DNA of 64,000 nucleotides from NCBI GenBank assembly GCA_002269645.1, contig NIVC01000391.1, forward strand, positions 558,001-622,000. The letters run 5' to 3'. The translations under genes were made by a program, and so were the position numbers. Shown one piece after another: positions 12,305 to 23,866 of this stretch (its first letter is position 1; the number at the start of each line of letters is the position of its first letter). The DNA is from Macrostomum lignano. Lineage: Eukaryota. The notes beneath the pieces were generated by a model that made no database searches, was not told the origin of the DNA, and saw nothing but the letters and a program-made list of their open reading frames with translations.

Positions 12305-14020
12305 TGCCAGGGCGATTCTCACAGTGTCTTCCGGGGCATTCTTATTGTGTCTTCAGGGGCGATTCTCACAGTGTCTTCCGGGGCATTCTTATTGTGTCTT
12401 CAGGGGCGATTCTCACAGTGTCTTCCGAGGCATTCTTATTGTGTCTTCAGAGACGATTCTCACAGTGTCTTCAGGGACGATTCTCATAGTGTCTTCAGGG
12501 GCGATTCTCACAGTGTTTTCAGGGGCGATTCTCAGTGTCTTCCGGGGCGATTCTCAGTGCTTTCAGGGACGATTCTCACAGTGTCTTCAGGGACAATTCT
12601 CATAGTGTCTTCAGGGACGATTCTCATAGTGTCTTCAGGGGCGATTCTCATAGCGTCTTCAGGGACGATTCTCATAGTGTCTTCCGGGACGATTCTCATA
12701 GTGTCTTCAGGGACGATTCTCACAGTGTCTTCAGGGACGATTCTCATAGCGTCTTCAGGGACGATTCTCATAGTGTTTTCAGGGACGATTCTCACAGTGT
12801 CTTCAGGGGCGATTCTTATAGTATCTTCAGGGGCGATTCTCAGTGTCTTCAGGGGCGATTCTCATAGTGCCTTCAGGGGCGATTCTCAGTGTCTTCAGGG
12901 ACGATTCTCATAGTGTCTTCAGGGACGATTCTCATAGTGTCTTCAGGGACGATTCTCATAGTGTCTTCAGGAGCGATTCTCATAGTGTCTTCAGGGACGA
13001 TTCTCATAGTGTCTTCAGGAGCGATTCTCATAGTGTCTTCAGGGACGATTCTCATAGTCTTCAGGGACGATTCTCATAGTGTCTTCAGGGACGATTCTCA
13101 TAGTGTCTTCCGGGACGATTCTCATAGTGTCTTCAGGGACGATTCTCACAGTGTCTTCAGGGACGATTCTCATAGCGTCTTCAGGGACGATTCTCATAGT
13201 GTCTTCAGGGACGATTCTCAGTGTCTTCAGGGGTGATTCTCATAGTGTCTTCAGGGACGATTCTCACAGTGTCTTCAGGGACGATTCTCATAGTGTCTTC
13301 AGGGACGATTCTCATAGTGTCTTCAGGGGCGATTCTCACAGTGTTTTCAGGGGCGATTCTCAGTGTCTTCCGGGGCGATTCTCAGTGCTTTCAGGGACGA
13401 TTCTCACAGTGTCTTCAGGGACAATTCTCATAGTGTCTTCAGGGACGATTCTCATAGTGTCTTCAGGGGCGATTCTCATAGCGTCTTCAGGGACGATTCT
13501 CATAGTGTCTTCCGGGACGATTCTCATAGTGTCTTCAGGGACGATTCTCACAGTGTCTTCAGGGACGATTCTCATAGCGTCTTCAGGGACGATTCTCATA
13601 GTGTTTTCAGGGACGATTCTCACAGTGTCTTCAGGGGCGATTCTTATAGTATCTTCAGGGGCGATTCTCAGTGTCTTCAGGGGCGATTCTCATAGTGCCT
13701 TCAGGGGCGATTCTCAGTGTCTTCAGGGACGATTCTCATAGTGCCTTCAGGGACGATTCTCATAGTGTCTTCAGGGACGATTCTCATAGTGTCTTCAGGA
13801 GCGATTCTCATAGTGTCTTCAGGGACGATTCTCATAGTGTCTTCAGGGATGATTCTCATAGTGTCTTCAGGGACGATTCTCATAGCGTCTTCAGGGACGA
13901 TTCTCATAGTGTCTTCAGGGACGATTCTCATAGTGTCTTCAGGGACGATTCTCATAGTGTCTTCAGGGACGATTCTCATAGTGTCTTCAGGAGCGATTCT
14001 CACAGCGTCTTCAGGGGCAA
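12305..14020. repeat. 24-bp minisatellite (gtgtcttcagggacgattctcata) filling the HMT-TTC19 spacer
   Basis: Direct reading; an 828-bp higher-order duplication is shown by identical ORFs at 12532 and 13360. Confidence 0.96.
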
Positions 14021-14077
14021 TTTGGAAAATAGCAGAAAGGCAGTAACGTTAGCACGCAGTGAGCAAACAAAAGTGTA

Positions 14078-14083
14078 TTTATT
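14078..14083 (-). terminator. Polyadenylation signal of the HMT gene
   Basis: AATAAA about 100 nt after the stop at 14186, followed by a T/GT-rich stretch. Confidence 0.6.
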
Positions 14084-14185
14084 TGGCAAATTTGAAGAAC
14101 CAATTGCAGAGTCACTACAAGAGTCACTCAAATCACTACAAATGACAAAGTATATTTCTATACATATCGGTAGACCGCCGTGCCG

Positions 14186-14798
14186 CTAAACACCGGCCTC
14201 CTCGGCGCCGTCTCCGCGAAAGCGCCGGACCGTCCTTGCCAGCCGGGCGATCTCGGCCGGGCCGACCCGGCAGCAGCCGCCGATCCAACGAACCCCGAGC
14301 TGCAGCCAATCAGAGACGAGCTCCTCCGTGATTGGCTCCTCGGCGCCACCGTAGTCTCCCAGATTCGGATAGGCCAGCAGGGTTTTCTCGGCCGCCGCCG
14401 GCGCCAATTCCCGCGCCGCCCGGGCCACGTTTCTCGGCGCCACGATGCAGTTGACGCCCAGGCCGAACACGGAACCGCAGGACATCAGCAGGGGGTCGGC
14501 GGCTGCCTCGGCCAGCGACTCGCCGGCGCAGGTTTTCATGCCGTCGCGGCTGGCGAAGGACAGCCAGGCCGGCAGACCGGGGAACTCGCGCAGCAGCTGG
14601 ACGACCGCGCGGGCCTCGCGCAGCGACGGCAGAGTGTCGAATGCCAGCAGATCGGCGCCCGCCGCTGCCAGGGCCTCCACGCGAGGTCGGTGCCAGCGGG
14701 CCAGGTCCTGCGGGCGGAGGCATGCCGGGATCTCATTGGGTTTGTCTGTCTGTCTGTCTGTCTGTCTTAGTGTCTGTCTTAGTGTCTGTCTGTCTGCC

Positions 14799-14867
<69 letters not shown>

Positions 14868-16581
14868 TCGCTAGAGAAATTCCATATCCAACAAATTAGA
14901 GACGCTCTCTAATCCAGGTGACTAACCTCCTCGGTCATGGACGCACAGTAGTCCCCGGTGAACTCGGACAGGTCGCACTGGGCCGCGCCGTACGGGCCGC
15001 AGGAGCCCGCAACCAGCACCCGGCGGCCGCAGCCGGACTCCTCCACTGCCCTCCGGGCCAGCCGGACCCCCGAGCTCAGCGCCTCTGCCGCCAGCGACGG
15101 CGTCATCGAGTCCGGCAGCGCCTCCACGAAGCTGTCCACATTGGCCTGGTAGGTGTTCGTCTCGATCACCTCGGCGCCAGCGTCTATGAAGTCGCGGTGG
15201 ATCGCCACCACGAGCTCTGGGTCATCTAGCAGCAGCCGGCAGCTCCACAGGCGATGGCCCTGCGGGGATCGAGATGGCACCATCGAGATTGCAGATGTTG
15301 CTGCCACTACAGTGCATTTCCTAACACCGCATTAACTCCCTCTAGGTCTGACTGTGGACAACCACTTCCTTCCCTGCCACTCAAGCGCGCCCACCTCCCT
15401 CCCTGCCCTTCCAGCACACCCACTTACTCCCTACCCTTCCAGCATACCCATCTCCCTCCCTGCGCCTCCAGCACACCCATTTACTCCCTGCCCTTCCAGC
15501 ACACCCATCTCCCTCCCTGCCCCTCCAGCACACCCATCTCCCTCCCTGCGCCTCCAGCACACCCATCTCCCTCCCTGCCCTCCAGCACACCCATTTACTC
15601 CCTGCCCTTCCAGCACACCCATCTCCCTCCCTGCCCCTACTGCACACTCATCTCCCTCCCTGCCCCTCCAGCACACCCATCTCCCTCCCTGCCCCTCCAG
15701 CACACCCACCTCCTTCCCTGCTCCTCCAGCACACCCACCTCCCTCCCTGCTCCTCCAACACACCCACCTCCCCTCCAGCACACCCACCTCCCTCCCTGCT
15801 CCTCCAGCACACCCACCTCCCTCCCTGCTCCTCCAACACACCCACCTCCCTCCCTGCTCCTCCACACACCCACCTCCCTCCAGCACACCCACCTCCCTCC
15901 CTGCTCCTCCAACACACCACCTCCCTCCCTGCTCCTCCAACACACTCACCTCCCTCCCTGCTCCTCCAACACACCCACCTCCCTCCCTGCTCCTCCAACA
16001 CACCCACCTCCCTCCCTGCTCCTCCAACACACCCACCTCCCTCCCTGCTCCTCCAACACACCCACCTCCCTCCCTGCTCCTCCAACACACCCACCTCCCT
16101 CCCTGCTCCTCCAACACACCCACCTCCCTCCCTGCTCCTCCAACACACCCACCTCCCTGGGCCCCTCCAGTACACCCACCTCCCTCCCTGCCCTTTCAGC
16201 ACAAACGCCTCCCTGCTCCTCCAGCACACCCAACCTCTCTCCGCGCCCCTCAAGCGCAGCCACCTCCCCACTGCCCCTCTAGCACACCAGATTCCTGACT
16301 CCCCGCCACTCCAGTGCATTCACATCTCTCATCCGCAGCCTCCCTGTTATTTAGGAGGCAGTTGCATTTGCATTGGAGGAATTCAGTGCATGTGCGAGTT
16401 ATTCGCCTAAAGCAGCTGTTTTAATATCGCAATTCTCGTTACAAATTCCATAATTCCGTACTTTTCACACAGCCAGAAGCCAGCCAGAACTCACATCGAT
16501 CTGCAAATTGGATCGGTCAATAGCTTGCACCCCGAATCCGCCGTCAATCACTTTGATGCTATTCAAATCCTCTTGCAGCAT
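14186..16581 (-). CDS. Homocysteine S-methyltransferase (MmuM/Mht1-type HMT family), 3 exons, about 313 aa
   Basis: Exons: 16581-16495, 15259-14927, 14707-14186 (942 nt, all phase 0). Motifs VIDGGFG, GHRLWS, HRDFIDAGAEVIETNTYQ, AGSCGPYGA, and Zn-ligand cysteines in GVNC and IGGCC. Confidence 0.93.
14743..14865. repeat. (TCTG)n microsatellite, HMT intron 2
   Basis: Direct reading; gtcttagtgtc interruptions. Confidence 0.95.
15375..16260. repeat. ~27-bp C-rich minisatellite (ccctccctgctcctccaacacacccac), HMT intron 1
   Basis: Direct reading. Confidence 0.93.
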
Positions 16582-17049
16582 AACTGTACGACTGATTGAT
16601 TGGCGCTGCTGCTGCTGCTAGACCGCAAAGCAGGTGAAAATTGCATGAAAATTGCAATAATTTCAATATTTTTCCAGATAGCTAGAGATGAAAATAGGTT
16701 TAAAAATCTGCCCTGCTCTCAAATTTTTAGTAAACTCAGACAAAAAAAACCGGATATAAAGTCAAATAAACAGTTTGATCACGCAGATAGTGTAGCAAAA
16801 CAAAATAAACAGTTTAAAGTGCAAAGTGTGTTGTATTTACTAAATCAAATTCGGTGAAATGCACAACACTAAACTGAATTAAGCAAAGAATGGACTATTT
16901 AAAAGATTAACAGTGCAGCTTAAAATTTAAAATGCGATAAAATTAATAAGCACCAATACAATAGGACTGTTAATAGCTATCTATTTTGACATGTGCTTTT
17001 TGAACAGACAAATGTTAATTTACAGACAAATGTTTACAGACACCACTGT

Positions 17050-18225
17050 ATCCTGTTTACTTTGCAGACACTACTGTAGCCTGTTTACAGACACTACTAC
17101 AGCCTATTTACAGACAATATTTTAGCCTGATTACAGACACTACTGTAGCCTGTTTACAGACACTATTGTAGCCTGCTTACAGACACTACTACTGTAGCCT
17201 AATTACAGACACTACTGTAGCCTAATTACAGACACTACTGTAGCCTGATTACAGACACTACTGTAGCCTGATTACAGACACTACTGTAGCCTGATTACAG
17301 ACACTACTACTGTAGCCTGATTACAGACACTACTGTAGCCTGATTACAGACACTACTATAGCCTGATTACAGACACTACTGTAGCCTGATTACAGACACT
17401 ACTATAGCCTGATTACAGACACTACTACTGTAGCCTAATTACAGACACTACTGTAGCCTGATTACAGACACTACTGTAGCCTAATTACAGACACTACTGT
17501 AGCCTGATTACAGACACTACTGTAGCCTAATTACAGACACTACTGTAGCCTGATTACAGACACTACTACTGTAGCCTAATTACAGACACTACTGTAGCCT
17601 GATTACAGACACTACTGTAGCCTAATTACAGACACTACTGTAGCCTAATTACAGACACTACTACTGTAGCCTAATTACAGACACTACTGTAGCCTAATTA
17701 CAGACACTACTGTAGCCTGATTACAGACACTACTGTAGCCTAATTACAGACACTACTGTAGCCTAATTACAGACACTACTGTAGCCTGATTACAGACACT
17801 ACTACTGTAGCCTAATTACAGACACTACTGTAGCCTGATTACAGACACTACTGTAGCCTGATTACAGACACTACTGTAGCCTGATTACAGACACTACTGT
17901 AGCCTGATTACAGACACTACTGTAGCCTGATTACAGACACTACTATAGCCTGATTACAGACACTACTATAGCCTGATTACAGACACTACTACTGTAGCCT
18001 AATTACAGACACTACTGTAGCCTGATTACAGACACTACTACTGTAGCCTAATTACAGACACTACTGTAGCCTGATTACAGACACTACTGTAGCCTGATTA
18101 CAGACACTATTATAGCCTGATTACAGACACTACTATAGCCTGATTACAGACACTACTATAGCCTGATTACAGACACTACTATAGCCTGATTACAGACACT
18201 ACTATAGCCTGATTACAGACACCAG
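17050..18225. repeat. 23/26-bp minisatellite (ctactgtagcctgattacagaca) in the CARD-DD/HMT spacer
   Basis: Direct reading. Confidence 0.95.
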
Positions 18226-18303
18226 TGTAGCCGTTTTACAAACGTTTTGGCCAGCATATACCAACTACACTACTGACACCAGTAGCATAAGCAGCGCATT
18301 CGG

Positions 18304-21300
18304 CTACAAGCTGGCCAGCCGGGCAGCCAGTCGATTCAATTTCTGCTTTCGCAGGGCTCTCAGCAGAGCCGGCAGGCTGGCACCCTCGTATTGGGTGGAC
18401 CACAGCCGCAGCGCATCGCAGCACTGGCCGCGCAAGTCCAGCGGTTGGCGCGCCTGCGCGCACTCGATGTCGTCCTCGGCGACGCCGAGATCGCGCGTTA
18501 TGGCGCGCCAATTCTCCAGCGCCAACGCGTTTGAACAGACCAGCTCGAGATGGGCGCGGCTGATTGCCGGTTGCTGGCTAGCGGCACCGATGCCGGAGGG
18601 CTCCGACTGCGGACTGACGGCCACGAGTGGTGGGATGGACACCTGCGAGATACCTGGGCGGTTGGGAAATTTGCTAATTTGTAACTGTGGTTTTGATATT
18701 CGCTGTTTAGAGTGAGATTTGCATATGAACTGGGGTGAGATTCGCCTACAAACTGGGGTGAGACTCGCCTACAAACTGGGGTGAGATTCGCCTATAAACT
18801 GGGGTGAGATTCGCCTACAAACTGGGGTGAGATTCGCCTATAAACTGGGGTGAGATTCGCCTATAAACTGGGGTGAGATTCGCCTATAAACTGGGGTGAG
18901 AGTCGCCTACAAACTGGGTGAGACTCGCCTACAAACTGGGTGAGAGTCGCCTTCAAACTGGGTGAGACTCGCCTATAAACTGGGGTGAGATTCGCCTATA
19001 AACTGGGGTGAGATTCGCCTACAAACTGGGGTGAGATTCGCCTACAAACTGGGATGAGATTCGCCTATAAACTGGGGTGAGATTCGCCTATAAACTGGGG
19101 TGAGATTCGCCTACAAACTGGGGTGAGATTCACCTATAAACTGGGGTGAGATTCGCCTATAAACTGGGGTGAGACTCGCCTACAAACTGGGTGAGACTCT
19201 TCTACAAACTGGGGTGAGTCGCATACAAACTGGGGTGAGATTCGCCTATAAACTGGGGTGAGATTCACCTATAAACAGGGGTGAGATTCGCCTACAAACT
19301 GGGGTGAGAGTCGCCTACAAACTGGAGTGAGAGTCGCCTATAACTGGAGTGAGAGTCGCCTACAAACTGGGATGAGATTCGCCTATAAACTGGGGTGAGA
19401 TTCGCCTATAAACAGGGGTGAGATTCGCCTACAAACTGGGGTGAGATTCACCTATAAACTGGGGTGAGACTCTTCTACAAACTGGGGTGAGAGTCGCCTA
19501 CAAACTGGGGTGAGACTCGCCTACAAACTTGGGTGAGACTCGCCTATAAACTGGGGTGAGATTTGCCTACAAACTGGGATGAGACTCGCCTACAAACTGG
19601 GGTGAGATTCGCCTATAAACTGGGGTGAGATTCGCCTATAAACTGGGGTGAGACTCGCCTACAAACTGGGGTGAGAGTCGCCTACAAACTGGGGTGAGAC
19701 TCACCTATAAACTGGGGTGAGATTCGCCTATAAACTGGGGTGAGAGTCGCCTACAAACTGGGTGAGACTCGCCTACAAACTGGGTGAGACTCGCCTACAA
19801 ACAGGGGTGAGACTCGCCTACAAACTGGGTGAGACTCGCCTTCAAACTGGGATGAGATTCGCCTATAAACTGGGGTGAGATTCGCCTATAAACTGGGGTG
19901 GGATTCGCCTACAAACTGGGGTGAGATTCGCCTACAAACTGGGATGAGATTCGCCTATAAACTGGGGTGAGATTCGCCTATAAACTGGGGTGAGATTCGC
20001 CTACAAACTGGGGTGAGATTCACCTATAAACTGGGGTGAGATTCGCCTATAAACTGGGGTGAGAGTCGCCTACAAACTGGGTGAGACTCTTCTACAAACT
20101 GGGGTGAGTCGCCTACAAACTGGGGTGAGATTCGCCTATAAACTGGGGTGAGATTCACCTATAAACAGGGGTGAGATTCGCCTACAAACTGGGGTGAGAG
20201 TCGCCTATAAACTGGGGTGAGAGTCGCCTATAACTGGAGTGAGAGTCGCCTATAAACAGGGGTGAGATTCGCCTACAAACTGGGGTGAGATTCACCTATA
20301 AACTGGGGTGAGATTCGCCTATAAACTGGAGTGAGAGTCGCCTACAAACTGGGTGAGACTCTTCTACAAACTGGGGTGAGAGTCGCCTACAAACTGGGGT
20401 GAGAGTCGCCTACAAACTTGGGTGAGACTCGCCTACAAACTTGGGTGAGACTCGCCTATAAACTGGGGTGAGATTTGCCTACAAACTGGGATGAGACTCG
20501 CCTACAAACTGGGTGAGATTCGCCTACAAACTAGGGTGAGACTCGCCTACAAACTGGGTGAGACTCGCCTACAAACTGGGGTGAGAGTCGCCTACAAACT
20601 GGGGTGAGAGTCGCCTATAAACAGGAGTGAGACTCGCCTACAAACTGGGGTGAGACTCGCCTATAAACTGGGGTGAGATTTGCCTGCAAACTAGGGTGAG
20701 ACTCGCCTACAAACTGGGTGAGACTCGCCTACAAACTGGGTGAGACTCGCCTACAAACTGGGGTGAGAGTCGCTTACAAACTTGGGTGAGACTCGCCTAC
20801 AAACTTGGGTGAGACTCGCCTATAAACTGGGGTGAGATTTGCCTACAAACTGGGATGAGACTCGCCTACAAACTGGGGTGAGATTCGCCTACAAACTGGG
20901 GTGAGATTCGCCTATAAACTGGGGTGAGATTCGCCTACAAACTGGGTGAGACTCGCCTACAAACTTGGGTGAGACTCGCCTATAAACTGGGGTGAGATTC
21001 GCCTACAAACTTGGGTGAGACTCGCCTACAAAACAAGGGGGAGACTCGCCTATAAACTGGGGTGAGAGTCGCCTACAAACTGGGGTGAGAGTCGCCTACA
21101 AACTGGGGTGAGATTCGCCTACAAACTGGGGTGAGATTCGCCTATAAACTGGGGTGAGACTCGCCTACAAACTGGGTGAGACTCGCCTACAAACTGGGGT
21201 GAGAGTCGCCTACAAACTGTGGTGAGAGTCGCCTACAAACTGGGGTGAGAGTCGCCTACAAACTTGGGTGAGAGTCGCCTACAGCCTGGATGAGACTTGC

Positions 21301-21827
21301 CTACAAACTGGGGTGAGAGTCGCCTACAAACTGCTACAGACTACATAGACTGGGATGAGCCACAGCACTCAAAAGGCTCAAATAACCGCTTCAAACTTCT
21401 CACTATCGGCACGAAACTCCAGGGAAGCCGCTTTCAAAGCATCATCAGCAGCGACGCGGCCAATCCGACAAGCGGCATCGCCAACCAGCGGTGGAATGAG
21501 AGGCGAACCGCAACCGACATCGCCTCCACCGTCAGCAACGGTGACAGACGCGGCGTCGGTGACCCGGCAGTCGGGCGGCTCGGCCAGCCAGCGATAGTCG
21601 GCCAGCAGGGAGTCCCTGAAGGTCGCCAGCAGCCGGTCGGAATCGCGCCAGTCGATCAGGCGGATCAGCCGGCGCACCTTGGCTTCGCGCGACGCCAGCC
21701 GGTCGATCTCCAGCGCCTCGGCCGGGCTCAGCAGGCCGGGGCCGATTAGCCGGTCAAGGACGTCATCCGGGTGCAGATCAGCAGCAAGACGGTCGCGGGA
21801 TTGGTGCAGCCAGGTCCGAAGCTGCAT
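18304..21827 (-). CDS. CARD + death-domain adaptor (RAIDD/CRADD-like architecture), 2 coding exons, about 257 aa
   Basis: Exons: 21827-21404 and 18653-18304 (phase 1, 774 nt). The N-terminal helical pattern LHQSRDRLAADLHPDDVLDRLIGPGLLS...REAKVRRLIRLI...FRDSLLADYRWL fits CARD. The C-terminal NWRAITRDLGVAEDDIECAQ...LRGQCCDALRLWSTQYEGASLPALLRALRKQKLNRLA fits a death domain. An upstream coding exon cannot be excluded because CAG abuts the ATG. Confidence 0.8.
18730..21345. repeat. 22-23-bp minisatellite (aaactggggtgagattcgcctac), CARD-DD intron
   Basis: More than 100 copies by length. Confidence 0.97.
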
Positions 21828-21937
21828 CTGCTACTGTTAGTAGCGCGAGCTTATTTTAAATTATCAGAAAGCGATAAAACCACAATGTTGACTGAGTTCG
21901 CTTAAGAATGGTAGAGAGTTCAACCAGGTAGCTAGCG

Positions 21938-22856
21938 AATGCAACCATACGGTAACCATAGAAACGAAATGCAACCATACGGTAACCATAGAAACCAAAT
22001 ATGCAACCACACGGTAACCATAGAAACGAAATGCAACCATACAGTAACCATAGAAACCAAATATGCAACCATACAGTAACCATAGAAACCAAATGCAACC
22101 ATACGGTAACCATAGAAACCAAATTCAACCATACAGTAACCATAGAAACGAAATGCAACCATACGGTAACCATAGAAACGAAATACAACCACACGGTAAC
22201 CAAAGAAACGAAATGCAACCATACAGTAACCATAGAAACGAAATGCAACCACACGGTAACCAAAGAAACGAAATGCAACCATACAGTAACCATAGAAACG
22301 AAATGCAACCACACGGTAACCATAGAAACGAAATGCAACCATACGGTAACCATAGAAACCAAATATGCAACCACACGGTAACCATAGAAACGAAATGCAA
22401 CCATACAGTAACCATAGAAACCAAATATGCAACCATACAGTAACCATAGAAACCAAATGCAACCATACGGTAACCATAGAAACCAAATTCAACCATACAG
22501 TAACCATAGAAACGAAATGCAACCATACGGTAACCATAGAAACCAAATGCAACCACACGGTAACCAAAGAAACGAAATGCAACCATACAGTAACCATAGA
22601 AACGAAATGCAACCACACGGTAACCATAGAAACGAAATGCAACCATACAGTAACCATAGAAACGAAATGCAACCACACGGTAACCATAGAAACCAAATGC
22701 AACCATACGGTAACCATAGAAGACAAATGGAACCATACAGTAACCATAGAAACCAAATGCAACCATACGGTAACCATAGAAACCAAATGCAACCATACGG
22801 TAACCATAGAAACCAAATGGAACCACACGGTAACCATAGAAACCAAATGCAACCAT
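21938..22856. repeat. 30-bp minisatellite (gaaacgaaatgcaaccatacggtaaccata) containing X-box consensus
   Basis: About 30 units, about 26 with exact GTAACCATAGAAAC; a 364-bp higher-order duplication is present. Confidence 0.95.
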
Positions 22857-23866
22857 GTTCAAAATCAGATGCCTCTAGGAAACTAGAGAAACTAATGCCA
22901 ACAAGGTCACCATAGAAACAAAATAGCCACGTACGTAAACAAGATAAAGGCAGAAACATTGACCCGGTTATATTATAAATCATAAATATTCATAACTAAA
23001 ATTAGCGAATGCTTTGAAACTGTACTTTTCAGACAATAATATATTTAAATTAAACAATAATAACGCATGCAAAATGGACGAAATCATTCGTGATACGCGG
23101 TGTCGCAGGTAAGGTAGAAAATTAGGTCAGAAAAATTGTCAGAAAAGCGGCTTGTACGGGTAAAAAGTGCATGAATTTGGTGTTCAATTCCAAAACTAAC
23201 AGGACGGTTCCGATCGCAAAAAGCTTGGAATGCAGATATTAAGGACGGGCTGATGTAATGGACGGACACGGTGAGAACTATAAATCAAGCAAAGCTTTAT
23301 ACAAAGCGGAACAAACTACTCAGTCAACAGGGAGTAAGTAGTACCTGCCGCTTCTGGAATTTAAACTTGATTACTTTTTAAAAAAGGCACAAAGTCAAAT
23401 CGTGACTACTTATAGTAGCTGCAGAGGAATAATTTTACGCTACAAATAGATTTTTGTGCTAAATAAAAGTCACGTGACACTTGATTTAACATTGAACGGA
23501 ATGCCGTGACTTCTACTTTTAACTTTAAATTCTAGTTACAAAAACAGCTTGTTGCATCAGAGGAAACAGCTGACAGACAATTTGCGCAAGATTTAGTCTT
23601 GATACGCACTTTACAGTGGGTTTTACAGACTGCTAACAACTGATTTTTCCAGCGCACGATAAAGTCGCGTGACTAATTATGCGCTCAGGGTGTAAACAAG
23701 TCACGTGACTAAGTGAACATCCAGTGTGTACAATAAAGTCACGTGACTCGATCAACGCTAAATGGCCATTCAAGACAATTAGGTCACGTGACTACTTAAA
23801 CACAGGGTGTAATAAAGTCACGTGACCAATTAACAACCAGTGCATAATCAAGTCACGTGACTTCCA

